Shown piece by piece: positions 1 to 24,875 of a stretch of DNA of 64,000 nt; within the stretch, counting starts at the first letter, position 1, and each line of letters begins with the position of its first letter. Position numbers and translations under genes: made by a program. A model generated the notes under the pieces. The model was not told where the DNA came from. It searched no databases and worked only from the letters and a program-made list of their open reading frames with translations. This DNA is from the human T2T-CHM13v2.0 reference genome, Homo sapiens. The stretch is from the NCBI RefSeq assembly GCF_009914755.1, contig NC_060938.1; one strand, given 5' to 3'.

Positions 1-222
1 AAAACATTTGCCAACTTTATTTAGACATTTTTTAATGTCCTCTTTGCCAAACTAGAAATAAACACTGAATCATAATTAAGTGATAAAATTAGAAAGAAAT
101 GCTACCCTAGGATGATATGTTTAGTGATATATTTGTACAGTGATAGACGTTGATGGGTAAGTACAAAAGAAAACTACAACTGAGAAGAAGTGTGTGGCAT
201 TAATCAACATGAGACCCAGTGA

Positions 223-555
<333 letters not shown>

Positions 556-1537
556 TAGTTTACTAGGATAGACCTCAATGTAATGAACTTTGTAGGCAGT
601 TTACTGTGCAGTGGTAATTTAGGGCAACAAGTCTGGATCTCTCCTCTGAAGGTTAGTTGGCTGGTCTTCTTTATAAACAAGGGGGAAAATTACAGACTCT
701 GTTTTACTCATTCATTATATGCTTAATTCATTCATTGTTCTATGCATCATTGATCGATTTTTTTTAAAATTTATTGAATACTTTGTATGTTCAGCTCTGA
801 GAATAAGAAGTTAAAACACCATCCTTAGACTCAAATATTTGGAAGACCAAGGGTGGATAAGAAAAGAGGAAAATTACAAAACAAAGTAATAAAAGGTTTG
901 TACAGAAAGTGAAGGGAACCCAAAGGAGAAGCACTAGTAAAAATTGGAGGGCCAGGGAAGACTTCCTAACAAAGGGAATGTCTGAACTGAGTCCTGAAGG
1001 ATGAAGGTGTTCCAGATAGGGAGAGGGAACAGTGTGCTAAGTCATAGGGGCGAACTGAAAAAACACACACATTTTGGGAAATACTCATAGTTCACTACTA
1101 TGTTAGCAGAGTTCTAAGAGGGGAATGGTAAGGCCAGGGAGAGATGAGCAGGGGTCAGGTCATGAGGGACTTTGTTTGTCATACTGAGAGATCTGGAATT
1201 CATTTGGAATTTGTCCTGATGATTATGGGTTTTAAGCAGGAAGATGACATGATGAGGGCTGGGTTTTAGAAAGATGTCTTGGGCAGCAGTGTAAAGAAAT
1301 AAAACTAGGTGAGAAATATGAAGGGATAGTATGATACTTAAAGGCAGGAAAATTAGTGAGGAAGCAGTTGCAGTAACATAGGAAGGAGATGCTGAGGGCT
1401 TTTACTTTGTAGAGGACATACCAAATAGCAGATGAAGATGCTGGTTCTTTGACTAAACTCTGATGCGCTGGGAAAGACAATCAAGTCAGGGACTGAGGCA
1501 GTTTATAGAATCCTTTCTCAGCGATGGCTAGGGCCTT

Positions 1538-2455
<918 letters not shown>

Positions 2456-2601
2456 AAAGACTCAAGTGACAATGCAAAGAACCTAAAATCTTTGTATGGC
2501 TACCATGCTGTGTTCATATACAAGTAAAATTCAAGAGAGAGTGGGAAAGAAAGATGATGAAGGCCTGAACTAATGTAGTAGTAGTAAGGATGGAGAGAAG
2601 G

Positions 2602-2966
2602 GGCTATGATCTGAAGGTTTATGTCCCCTCAGATTCATGCATTGAAATCCAAACCCCCAAGGTGATGGTATTAAAAGGTGGTACCTTTTGGGAGGTGATT
2701 AGGTCATGAAGGCAGAGCTCTCATGAATAAGATTAGTTCCCCAATTTTGAGAAAGAAAAAAAAAAGCCCCAGGGAGCTGCCTTGCCCCTTCCACCATGTG
2801 AGGTTGCAGTGAGAAGGCACAATTCAGTGAACTAGGGAGTGGGCCTTCACTAGACACCTTGATCTTCGACTTCCAAGCCTCCAGAACTATGAGAAATAAG
2901 TTTCTGTTTTGCATAAGATACCTAGTTTACGGCATTTTATTATAGCAGCGTGAACAGACTAAGACA
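2602..2966 (+). mobile_element. MaLR LTR (MLT1A-like)
   Basis: Characteristic gggaggtgattaggtcatga and terminal tatagcagc...gactaagaca. Confidence 0.7.
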
Positions 2967-3997
2967 AATGATAATAGACCCAAGATGTACGAGAAGGAAA
3001 AATCATAGGACTTCGTAACTGATGGAAAATGGGAAGTAAAAGGAAAGAAGGAGTTGAGAAGAACTATTTCTGGTTTCCAGCCTAGGCTCCTGAAAGATCT
3101 TTCATAGTGATTGGAAAAAAAAATGTAGGCTATGGGGACACTTTTCAAAGGATTATGAGTAGTTAAGTTTTGGACATGTTGAGTTTAAGGTGGTTGTGGG
3201 ATCTCCACAAAGAATGTGTCTGTGTTTTGTTGGATAATAAAGTTTTAAGCTCAGGCAACATATCTGAGCTGAAGTTACAGCCTGTGTGAGAGTGGAGTTG
3301 GGCATGAGTATATGATAGTAAATGAAGCCATGAAAGAGAATAAGATAACTGAGGAAGCAAGTGTGGAGATGAGAAAAGAAGTGATCCCAAGACAAAATGG
3401 TAGAGAACAGTATATTAACATATTAAGAGATAGAATAGTAGACAACTCCAAAGAAATATCTATAAAATATGTGATAAACCAAAAAAGAGTAACGTTGTAG
3501 AAGCTAAGGGAAGAGAAAGTTTCAAGGAGAGAGCAGTCAACAGTTTGAAAATTTACAGAGAAGTCAAATAGGCTAAACACTGACCTATGTCCATTGGATT
3601 TAACAAACAAAGAAGAAACTGATGTGGTTGGCAAGAGCAATATTGGTCAAGTGGCAAAATCCAGACTGCAATAGGTTAAGGAATGATGGGAAGAAAGAAA
3701 GATGAGGCACTGAATGTAGACAACTCTTTCACAAAGATCAAATGGAAAAGAGATAGGGTGGCATCTAGAGGGGAAGATAAGGCTAAGGGAGGATTTTCTT
3801 TTTTTAAAAGATGCTGGTGAGAAACAGAAGGAGGCAGGTATAACTGAGGAAGCATGGCCACTGAGAAGGTGTGAGGGATGAGGCCCAGAGCTCAAGTGCA
3901 GGGATTGGCTCTGAATTGAAGAAGAGAAGCCTCTTCCCCTAGGATAATGAGAAGGACTTTCAAACATTTCTAAAAGACATGCACCCCACATCAACAA

Positions 3998-4293
<296 letters not shown>

Positions 4294-4489
4294 CACGCCA
4301 ACGATTTTTTATACAAAGCTTCTTGGTACTGGAGTTCCAAGTCAGGCATTTGGAACATTGTAAGATGTGACAAGCAAATCTTCTTTCTGGACTACACCAC
4401 TCCACTAGCTTTGATCACTGCCACATCTCATACACTCAAAAATATCAAAAGTGAAAAATAAGATTTTAGAGCTGATTTGATTTTTATAA

Positions 4490-4910
4490 AAAACAACTTT
4501 GTTGACATATACTTTAAATATCATAAAATTCACCGGTTTTAAACATACAATTCAATGATTTTTAGTAAATTTACCGAGTTATACAACCATCACCATAATC
4601 CAGTTTTAGAACATGCCTATAACCCCACTAAGATCCCTAATGTCCACTTAGAATTAATGCCCATTCTCATTCCTGGCCCTAAGAAACTCTACTTTTTATC
4701 TGTATAGATTTGCCTTTTGTGGACAGCTCCTATAAATTGAATCATATATTATCTTCTGTATCTGGTGTCTTTCATTCAACATAATGATTTTGACATTCAT
4801 CCAATGTCGTAGGGTATTTCAGCAGTTTGTTCCTTTTTGTTGCTGAATTGCTGAATAATATTCCATTGTATGGCTGTACCACATTGTCTTTATCCACTTT
4901 TCAGTTGAGG
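4490..4910 (-). mobile_element. Old L1 (L1MB-like) 3' fragment
   Basis: Antisense L1M 3'UTR motifs (tacaattcaatgattttt; aataattccattgtatgg). Confidence 0.65.
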
Positions 4911-6695
4911 AACATATGCTGCTCTGCTTTTGCCTCCACCCTTGTCCCTGAATTACAGGGCATAGACTGACAGTTTTCTCTTTCCCTCTCGTGATGCCTG
5001 CTGACAGCGTTAGACAATACGGCAAATTATTTTCCGTAAGGATGTGTGACTAGGCTTTACCAATCTTTAACGACAAGTGAGAATATAGACATCATGGTAA
5101 GACTCAATCATTAGAGCAGTGCCTCTGAAATATTTCCAAACGACAGACGACTGTGGCAGAACCCTACATGCCATGGGATATATACCTCACACACTCCCAG
5201 TTGTTGCCACTACGGAAAACAGTACCACAAAATAGGAACAACAGCAATGACAATGATGACCACAACAAAACCTCCCGGAAAATAATGGGGAAAATTGGGT
5301 TCTTTTAGGTATGCTCTTCTTGGACAACCCCAATGAGAAAAATCACATCAAAATTTCTTATACCAAAATAGTAATGAAAATGTTATCCTGATATAAATAT
5401 TGGCTGATACACACTGATGCCTATGGACAACAAACAATCCTCTCAGAACATACTTTGAGTACTGCTGTTCTACCCTACATAGTGTACTTGAAGGTAAGGA
5501 TTATTATAAAGTGAATATATATCCCAACATGTGAGTCAGACTTGTTAGTCACATATTTTGTTTTTTAACCTTAATTTTTAATTTTTTTATTTTTATTATT
5601 CTTTTTACTTTTTTAAAAAAAGCTTTAACTTTTTCTTTTGTTGTATTCTTTTTTGATTATATATTTCCAGAGGTGAGTGCATTTTTTAACTTATTTTTAA
5701 ATACATAAACATATAGATACTAGTGTAATAAACCCCCAAATAGCCATCACCCAGGCCAACAGCCATCAACCTATGGCCCATCTGCCCCATCTGCAAACTC
5801 ACTAACCTCTCTCTCCACATTATTTTGAAGTAAATCTCAGGCATGATATCATTTTCCCATAAATATTTCATCATGCAATTCTAAAAGAGAGTTCTTTCCT
5901 AATAATATAACCATAATACCATTATCACATCTAAAATATTTTAACAGTATTTGCTTAGTACAAAATTTGCAATCAGTGTTTCTGTTACTTGAATTTCTTT
6001 CTTGGAGAAATAAACCCTATTGGTAAAATGACCTCTGTCTGATAAGGCCTTTGAAAAGAAGGGCTCAATGCATGTCCTGATAGAGTGTACATGATAACAT
6101 TTCTTTACATCTAAATCATCTAAGTAATCTTTTCAGGCTGGGATTGAAAGGACTGAAGGGAATATAAAAATAAGCTTGGAAAACGTATGCCATATGGACA
6201 TTAAAGGATTACTCCCTTCTTTCTGGCTATGAAATGACTAATTAACTATTTGCAGCTGAAATGTGTGGGATCGTTTTCAGAAAATGGAATATCCTTCTCT
6301 CACTGAGCATATTGATCAGAGACATAATCTAGACTGTCTGGGAATACTTTTTCTGTAGCAGAACAAATCACACCCTTCAATGCACTGTTTAATTTTAGAT
6401 ATATCTTGTCACATTTATTTAAATGGTTTGGCTCCAGATTTTTTTTTCCCTTTAGGAGTGCCTGATGAACACATGTATAATTTAGCTGTCATTTTTTTTT
6501 TCAGAAGGCAATGTGGGGTAATAGGAAGAGCAAGTCCAAATTTTGTCACACACTAGCAGTATGACCTCATACAAGTTACTTAACCTCTATGAGCAGGAGA
6601 TTTTTTTCATATGTTGATAAATAAAGATTTGCAAGGATTAACTGAGATACCAGACTTAGCACTCTGCCAGCACACACTAGACAAGAAATCATTGC

Positions 6696-6970
6696 TGGAT
6701 GGGCATGGTGGCTCATGCCAGTAATCCTAGCACTTTGGGAGTCTGAGGCGGGCGGACCACTGGAGGCCAGGAGTTTGAGACCAGCCTGGCCAACATGACG
6801 AAACCGCGTCTCTACTAAAAATACAAAAATTAGCTGGGAGCGGTGGCACACATCTGTAATCCCAGCTACTCGGGTCACTGAGGCAAGAGAAGCACTTGAA
6901 CCTGGGACGCGGAGGTTGCAGTGAGCCGAGACTGCACTCCAGCCTGGGCAACAGAGCGAGACTCTGTCAC
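6696..6970 (+). mobile_element. AluS-type element whose tail became a microsatellite
   Basis: Alu dimer; TSD agaaatcattgct before it and after the purine tract. Confidence 0.9.
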
Positions 6971-7097
6971 AGAAAGAGAGAGAGAGGGAGAGAGGGACAG
7001 GGGGAGAGAGGGAGAGGGGGAGGGAGGGAGGGAAGGAAGGAAGGAGGGAAGGAAGGAAGGAAGGAAGGAGAGAGAAAGAAAGGAAAGAAAGAAGGGA

Positions 7098-7157
<60 letters not shown>

Positions 7158-7160
7158 GAG
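6971..7160 (+). repeat. Compound polypurine microsatellite (GA)n-(GGGA)n-(GGAA)n-(GAAA)n
   Basis: About 190 bp of almost pure purine, read directly. Confidence 0.97.
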
Positions 7161-7216
7161 AAATCATTGCTTTTGTTAACAAAATAGGAATTTTCTATAA
7201 TAAATATGTATAATTT

Positions 7217-7781
<565 letters not shown>

Positions 7782-10734
7782 TTATTAAAAGTTCCCTATC
7801 AATAGATTTTTTTCTTTAACAGTATGTCCTACTGATGCCTCAACAAGACCATAATGTTACTATGCATGGGTCAAATATCTAAGGAATAATGTTCTTTCCA
7901 TCATTGCCTTGAATGTAAACAAGAACTTAGAGTAACAGAACTATAATTGACATTCTCAAATCATTCTACTTCTAAACATTTTTTAAAAATCAGATCAACC
8001 TAAGCATTTTTATTTATAAAATATCAAACTTACCTGGTTGAGACTAACAGAAGAAAATGACTAGAAAAAACAAAAAAGCCTCATTCTCTCATCTTAGCAA
8101 CAATATAAAAAAATTAAATCGTTAGGGTCAATTCCACATCTGATGCTGGCCTGAGGTACAAATGTGGAGAAACAAGAAAACTTCCATTTTTGTCCATCCA
8201 TTGGCAGGCACAGCATGAAAATCATTTATAGTAGAATATTAGTGAAATAGAATGCTAGGTCGTCAGCAAATGAATACTTTATGCTTCATGAATGGTTTAT
8301 AAAAAGCTTTATTAAATATTTTAGCCAATTTTCTCTCCCTTTACAAGTAGAAATATGTGTGGGTAACTGATTCTGTGATTGATGGTTCAAGATTTTGTCA
8401 TACCTTGTAGTTGGCAATACATTTTCATTGTCTGGTTCTACAGAAATTAAGAGCCTAATAAATCAGCCTGAATGTGTCCTGACCTTAACATAGTTCCTGG
8501 TACTTTTCTCTGGTGAATTACTTCTCTTTCTTAGAAGAGGACACACTACCATAATTCCAGCTGCTTGTGGGCTCTAGCTCATTATTTGGAGTTTTATTAC
8601 AATGTGTTATAAGCATTCATGAAATGTGGCATGAAATTTTCTTTAAGAGGTTAGCTTCAAAACCACTATTGTGGTCAATCACATAGATGGATAGCTAAAT
8701 GCTCAGACTCTAAAGTAGTTTCTTACTATCCCTTGCCAATTGGCTGCAAGGTGAGCTGAGAACCGTTCAGCTGATCACATTTTCATGCTACTGTTATCTA
8801 TTCAAAAAAACTACTAAGTGCCTAGTCCATACTCAGTCCTCTCTAGGTGTTGGCCTGTAAAGTTTGTAATCTCAGAGTGAAGACACAGTAAATAAAGGAC
8901 TACTTTACAGTAATAGGTGCTAGTCATTTATCAAATATTTATCCAGAACCTACAATGTGCAGGTGCTGTGTTGGGCACTGGGGATACAATAGCAAACTAA
9001 GCAGAAAAAGATCCCTGCCCTCCTGGATCTTGTGTTTTAATGTGCTATAATATGCACAGGGCGCTGTGAAAGGCCAGATGAAGATCTAAAGTAGATTAAC
9101 ATAGGCCAGAGGTCAGAGAAGGCTTTTCAAAGGAGGTTATACTTCCGCAGAATTTGGAAAGACAAAAAGGAAAGCAGCTAGATAAAGAAGACATTCTAGG
9201 CACAATATAGGAAGTGTGAAGTAGCAGGATACATTTGGGAAACTACTGGTTGGCTGATACAGCAGCTGCTTTATCTGAGAACTGCAGAGTGTCATTGAAA
9301 TATTTTAAGTGAAGAGTGTCATGATTATGTTTGCATTTTAGAGTGCTCACTCTGCCTGCAGTATAGACAGTGGACTGTGGACAGGCCAGAGACCAATTAA
9401 ACAGCTGGTGACACATTTCTGATTGCAGAGAGTTAGAATCTACAGGACTTTGCAACTCATTAGGACAGGAAAAGATGGAAGGAGAGGGATCTAGGTGACT
9501 CTGGTTATAAAATAAACTTCTAGCAATAAATGCAACTACTTGGGTCACTGATGCTGATGAAAATTCTTCTTCATCAACCAAACATTAGAGGGATTTTATA
9601 GCTCATTCAGAAACCTAAGATTAGGTCACCTTCCCAGCCGCTCTGGACCCAAAATCAGTTTCTGAGTTAAAGAAGCTGAGTATTCTTGGAGGCAGTGATC
9701 ATTAGCTCTGAGGAGGGCTTTGGTGACTAAGAACGAGCAGTTTATCAACATGGGCTCCCAGGACTCATTATTATCTTCATTTAGGTTAGGCAGTACAGTA
9801 GGAATGGAGTAAAATAGGCTGTGTATGAGAGAAAAGGACAGAGGCAGCTTAGGGCTTCCATTGTTTCAGCCTGTCCATCATCTATTCCCGTTGCTTCTAA
9901 GAAAAATACCCTGGTTTTCTGCTGAGAAACCACATTTCCCCCACTTTTTGTCCTTTAGTTCTCACAGGGCAGAGCCCACCTCAGCAATGGGCAGAAGACC
10001 TGGCTGATAAGAGTATCTCATTTTCCTGCTCATGGTTCAAGTATGAACATGGACTGAGGCAGGGCCAGTCAGCACCAGAAGTGCTGGAATTTTAAAAAGA
10101 GAAGCTTTCTCTCTTGGATATGGCTATAATGGTTGGTATATATCTGTAATTTCTGGGAGCGACATTGCCCTCACAAGGAGAAAGGCTGCCTGAGAATGAA
10201 GCCGACCTAGAGGAAAACAGAAAGATGGAAATATTCTGATCGCACTGTTAGCACAGGATCCAGCCATGCCTGATGCCCCATTCTATTTCAGGATTTTCAG
10301 TTAAGCAAGCCAGTTTTGAGTTAGGTTTCTGTTCCATGCAATGGAAGGAGTCCTTTTTTGCCTCACAGATGGCAAGAAGATAATTCTTTTTCCTATATTT
10401 TGTGAACTAGTACTATTTTTTTCTACCTTCTCCTTTTTTCTCTTCCCTTTCCTCCTTCTTTTCTCTACACAAGAATATGTGAACTCTTCGAAGGGCAGGA
10501 GAGGGTATTAACATTGATCTCCTAGCCACTTACAGCCCAATAGTTTCTCTAGTCCACATCCTGACACCTCATAGGGCAAAGGTCTAATGGGTTATCCTCC
10601 CACAATAAGGTTTTTGAGCCAAAATAAACTAGTTATTTCCTTATAATAGACTGTTCTCTAACCCAGAAGATAGTTTCAAAACAAACGATGCCATTAAATA
10701 CATGTTTTGTTGACTAGTTACTATGACAATCTAC

Positions 10735-11259
10735 TACAAAGAATTGCAATTCTTTGTGTCTGTGCTTCTTCACTGTGTGAATTCACTCCCCTTTCCAACA
10801 ATTAAATGGAGTCTATTTCCCCACCCTAGAACCTAAGCTGGGCTTGTGACTTCCTTTAACTAATAGCCTGAGACAGAAGTGATGTTGTGTGACTTCCAAG
10901 GCTAGGCCTTAAGCAACCTTGCCACTTCAGCTTTCAGGGTTTTGGTATGCTTCTGTTATCAATTAAATAAAACTGGTTTCATGTTCAAGAGGGTAGGAGG
11001 TCACAAAGAGAGAGGGGCTTCACTGAAAGCCACCACCATCTGCCAGACACGTGACTGAGGCCTTCTTGGACCAGCCAGTCCCCAGCTGACCTGTTAACTG
11101 ACTGCAAACACATAAAAGCCTAGCTGACACCATGTGGAATCTAAGAACTACCTGTTTTAGCCCAGCCAAATTATCAAAATCATGAGCAGATAAGTGGTGG
11201 TTGCTTTAAGCCACTAAATTTTGGGAAAATTTGTTAGGCAGCAATAGATAACTGACACA
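10735..11259 (+). mobile_element. MaLR LTR (MLT1G/H-like)
   Basis: tggagtctatttcccca...tttaagccactaaattttgg...gcagcaatagataactgacaca end motif. Confidence 0.7.
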
Positions 11260-11289
11260 ACTAGTTATACAAAATGTTGGTTTTAAAAT

Positions 11290-13250
<1,961 letters not shown>

Positions 13251-13252
13251 AA

Positions 13253-13620
13253 TGTCAAGGCACCTGAAAAGACATTCCCACCAGTGCCACAACAGTTACA
13301 AATGCCATGGCAACATCAGGAAGTTACCCTATGTAGTCTAAAAGGGGGAGAAACCCTCAGTTCCAGGAATTGCTCAACCCTTTCCCAGAAAATCCATGAA
13401 TAATCCACCCCTTGTTTAGCATATAATCAAGAAGTAATGATAAGTATAAGCAGTTAAGCAGCTCACGCTGCTGCTCTGCCTATGAGTAGCCATTCTTTTA
13501 TTCCTTTACTTTCTTAATAAACTTGTTTTCATTTTACTCTATGGACTTGCCCCGAACTATTTCTTGTGCGAGGTCTAAGAACACTTTTGGGGTCTGGATT
13601 GAGACCCCTTTCTAGTAACA
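13253..13620 (+). mobile_element. MER41-family (ERV1) LTR, shortened, with tandem GAS motifs
   Basis: Matches recalled MER41B 3' half: aagacattcccacc...tacaaatgccatggcaac...gaataatccaccccttgtttagcatataatcaaga...aataaacttg...gggtctgga...gtaaca; candidate 4-bp TSD ataa. Confidence 0.85.
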
Positions 13621-13814
13621 ATAACACTTAACTCATAAAGTTGCTGTGAGGAATAAATGGGATCATATATAGCAAGGAGAGCTAGCAAATAGAACTCAAC
13701 AAATATTATCTCTAGCTGTATCTATGGGAGTGGAAGAGATTGGCAAAGGAGAGGGTGTACAATAAGAAAAGAGGTTCAAGAGCAGAACCATGGAGAACAA
13801 CAACATTTAGGTTG

Positions 13815-15313
<1,499 letters not shown>

Positions 15314-15790
15314 GCTGGTGAGCTGTCATGGAAAACATAGAATAGGTAATAACAAACTTCATCATTTCAATAGTTTCAGAAACATAATTTCAAATTGATC
15401 CTTACAAATACCTTGTGAAGCAGCAGAACAGTTTACAGATAAGGAAGTGGACGATCAGAGGTATTAGGGACTTGACAGAAAGTGGCAGAAACAGAATCTG
15501 AACTTAAGTAAGGGGTCCTATTCAAATAATCTGACTCTATTAAGCAAAAAATTTAATCTCTTCCCACGTTTCTTAAAGTTTTCTTCCCCGTCACAACTCC
15601 AACTTCATTCTCCTGTCTCCAGGAATTTGCTTTCAAGGAGGATCATTGATCAGTAATTTGGACTTAAACATGAATTTTACTAATATCACATTCCAAATTT
15701 CTGCATTGTTACAGCCTTAGTTTTTGTTATGGAAATAGCTTATCCCCAACTACCCCGCTAACTCTAGTTACCAACCATTAGAGTAGGGCC

Positions 15791-16103
15791 TTTTTTTTTT
15801 TTTTTTTTTTTTGAGAGACAGGCTCTCACTCTTGTTGTTGCCCAGGCTGGAGTGCAGCGGCACAATCCCGACTCACTGCCGCTTTAGACTTCTTGGGCTC
15901 AAGGGATCCTCCCGCTTCGGCCTCCCAAAGTGCTGGGATTACAGGTGTGATCCTGCGCTCGGACAGTTGGGACATCTTAATACAGTATAACCTCATCTTA
16001 ACTTGATTACATCTGCCAAGACTCTATTTCCAAATAGGGTCACATTCTGAGGTTCCCAGTGGACAAGAATTTTGGGGGGGGGGGCATCATTCAACCCAGT
16101 ACA
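15791..16103 (-). mobile_element. Partial antisense Alu followed by antisense MLT1C-like 5' fragment
   Basis: Alu sequence 15791-15962; 15965-16103 reverse-complements the MLT1 start seen at 13815. Confidence 0.65.
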
Positions 16104-16285
16104 CCAGCTAAATGTTGCTAGTCCTCACCGATTTACCCTTGAACCTCTTTTCTTATTGCACAGCCTCTCCTTTGACAGTCTTTTCCACTCCTATGCATAG
16201 ATACAGTTAGAGCTAATATTTGCAGGAAAAAAATATTTTCACAGAAAGCTGTGAAGTGACAAAGATGTAAACAGTAATGTAAATG

Positions 16286-16332
16286 TTAAAAGTAGTGGCA
16301 AAAACAGCAATTACTTTTGCACCAACCTAATA
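16286..16332. mobile_element. Half MADE1 / Hsmar1 terminal inverted repeat
   Basis: ggcaaaaacagcaattacttttgcaccaacctaata matches the Hsmar1 TIR followed by TA. Confidence 0.85.
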
Positions 16333-16699
16333 GGGGCCTTTGCTTCAATGTTTCTTCTATTAAACCATCCCGACCGCTCCTCTATGGACAGATTCAAGAT
16401 TCACAGACGCTACTCTAGCTGCTTAATTCTGGAGTAAAATAAAAACTTTCAGAAAGACTACTAACTAAAGTATTGTCTGTACGTATTATTCTCTAAAGCA
16501 TCATTAGCATAGGCTTTGCAATTAGGAAGTCTGTGGGTTTGTTCCTGGCTCTGCCGTGGGACATTGGGAAAGTTAATCTCTCTGAGCGTCGGTCCCCACA
16601 GATAAGAAAACACATATTCTTGTTATTTCTTGAGAAGATTAAATATTAGGCAAAACGCCTAGCACAGAATAGGGTCTCAGCATCTTCTGCCCCCCAAGA

Positions 16700-17430
<731 letters not shown>

Positions 17431-18684
17431 CAGAGAGGCCCAGAAAGCTTCTGTTGAATTGCCCTCGTCGCCGCCCCTTGTCATCACCCCAAACCCAACA
17501 AACCCTTTGGGATCATCTGTGTAGGGGATGACAACCGTGACCTAGACCCCGCTTACCCTGGGCTCCTCAGTTGAGGAAGGCAGCCAACCGAATGTAAATG
17601 CTCGATGACGAATTTCATCATAAAATATTGAACGGAGTTTATTTTGGTGCTGAAAATGGAAAGATGTTTAAGACAGGGCTATCGCTGCTCAAGAATTAGG
17701 GAGACTGGGCACATTAAGAGGTGAAACCCTATAGATAAGATTCTGGAAATCCTTTGTTGGCTCCCCTAAACTCGAAGGTTAGATTTGACATGTTTTAAAC
17801 AAACCAACTTGTAAACAATAGAGAGGAGGTTCTCAACCTTTCGGATGGCATAGATCTCTTTAATGGCTGGATGAAAACCACAAATGCACAAATCTTAAGG
17901 TACTTATACACAGTTTCAGGGAATTGGCAGACAATCAATGTGGTCCTGGGACCCTAGATTAAGAGTCCTTGTGATGGGCTCAACAGAGAGGGAAGTAACA
18001 GGCAATTACATCATATATGTATTTATGAAAATGAAACATTTGAAAAATCTTTTTATATCTCTAGGCACTTCCTGACGTGTAGTAGGTATTTAATAACTAT
18101 TTATTGACTAAGTGGTTAAAAGAGCCTATTTAAAAATTGGACCCCAGGAACTCCAGAATTGGATTAAACATAGTCCTTGGTTAATGACATTCTCTTATTG
18201 TTCTATGCGAGGCCCTTCCTTATTTATATTTTCTTATTAAAATTATTTTGAAAGCGTAATAAACAGTTCGAGGCTTCTAGTCAAAGATAATTATTTTGGC
18301 TGTACTTGGAAGAAATAAGCAAAAAGCTATATTTGAAAAAGACAGCAGGAGGATGATAAGATAAATGTATGAAGTAAAAAAAAGGAATTGAAGTCTAATG
18401 GCTTGCATTCTGAGATGTTTGAGGAGCACTGATGCAAGTAAACATGGAGACGGGAATAGGAGGAGATGGAGAGAATTATTTGGGAATACGAGGAGAGCAG
18501 TATCAAAAACTAGACAGGACAAGAAGACAGGATGTTAAGACTAAACTAGTATGATGATCATTTTTAGCAACGTTTTTAGCAAATTTTTGTTTTACTAACA
18601 TGAAACAAAAATGGAAATACCTAAATACTCAAGAAAAGAGCATCGTTTTTAAAATAATGAAATATGTGGTTTTAAAAATAATAC

Positions 18685-18960
18685 TGTAATTCCAGCAGTT
18701 TGGAAAGCTGAGGCGGGCTGACCACTTGAGCCCAGTAGTTCAAGACCAGCCTGGGCAACATGGGGAAACCCAGCTCTACACAAAATACAAAATTTAGCCG
18801 GCGGTAGTGTCGTGCCCGAAATCCTAGCACTTTGGGAGGCCAAGGGGGGAGGATCGCTTGAGCCTGGGAAGCGGAGGCTGCAGTGATCTGAGTTTGTGCC
18901 ACTGCACTCCAGCCTGGGCGACAGAGCGAGACCCTGCCTCAAAAAAAAAAAAAAAAAAAA
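18685..18960 (+). mobile_element. Alu (AluJ-like)
   Basis: Alu dimer with poly-A tail. Confidence 0.85.
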
Positions 18961-19238
18961 GTGATAGCAATGAAGATTATGTTAATATGGGCAGAAGCTT
19001 ACTGTATGAGTTAATTATGTATGAAGTGTGATTAAAACTATGTCAAATATATATGCATAATCATAAGAAGTAGACTGAAAGTGAATACAACAATATGGAA
19101 GCTAACAATATTAGAATGATGGAATTATGAGTGATACAGATGAATTATATGAATGAAGTCACATAATGTAGTACAGATTCAGAGTTGTAGATATGTCTTG
19201 CCTAAATTCTGCTAAAATTAACAACTAGGAAAAAAGTT

Positions 19239-19569
<331 letters not shown>

Positions 19570-19793
19570 TCAGCATCACGAATTTCATAGAATTTTTTTC
19601 TGTTAATACACAAGCATTAATAAATAGTATTATTAGTTTTGTGGAGTGATTTTTTTTGATCCCTTAAAATACATCAGGTATTTTCAAATGTTATTGTGGC
19701 CATTGTTTTGAAACAAATACAGAGAAAATTAGTTTCTGTGACAAATATTTAAAAGAATACTATAAGTTGTTTCAATTTTCCATTTATTTGCAG

Positions 19794-19866
19794 GTGTGGA
19801 TTTGCTGGAGAAACTGGTCCAAGATGTATAATTCCTAGTGTGATAAAAAGAGCTGGGATGCCTAAG
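19794..19866 (+). CDS. ACTR10: ACTR10 exon 2 ([24 protein letters not shown])
   Basis: ttgcag| acceptor, AAG|gtattt donor, frame continuous. Confidence 0.96.
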
Positions 19867-19957
19867 GTATTTAAAAAAAAAATTAGCAAAATAAATGCCA
19901 TACTATAAAATGTTTTAAAATATGACTTCAAGTAAGATTGATTAAAACAGTACTAAA

Positions 19958-24571
<4,614 letters not shown>

Positions 24572-24875
24572 TGATTTTTATCATTCAAGCCAAAATGATA
24601 AGTCAGATGGAGGAAAAATGCATGTGAGCCATGCTCTTTACTTCCTATGAACACACACTTCCATTACCACAGACTAAAACATTCTGCCATCTTAGACATT
24701 CCGATTCTTAAGGATTCCTAATTTAAGAGATTACTCTGTATTTAATTTTTATATTCTCAATACAGATTGCTTTTAATTTATTCCCAGAAAATGTATTAGT
24801 AAATAATTACATTTTAATCTTAATTTGAGGTTATTTTATTAATATAAATTAATAAATCATTTTAATTTTTTACAG

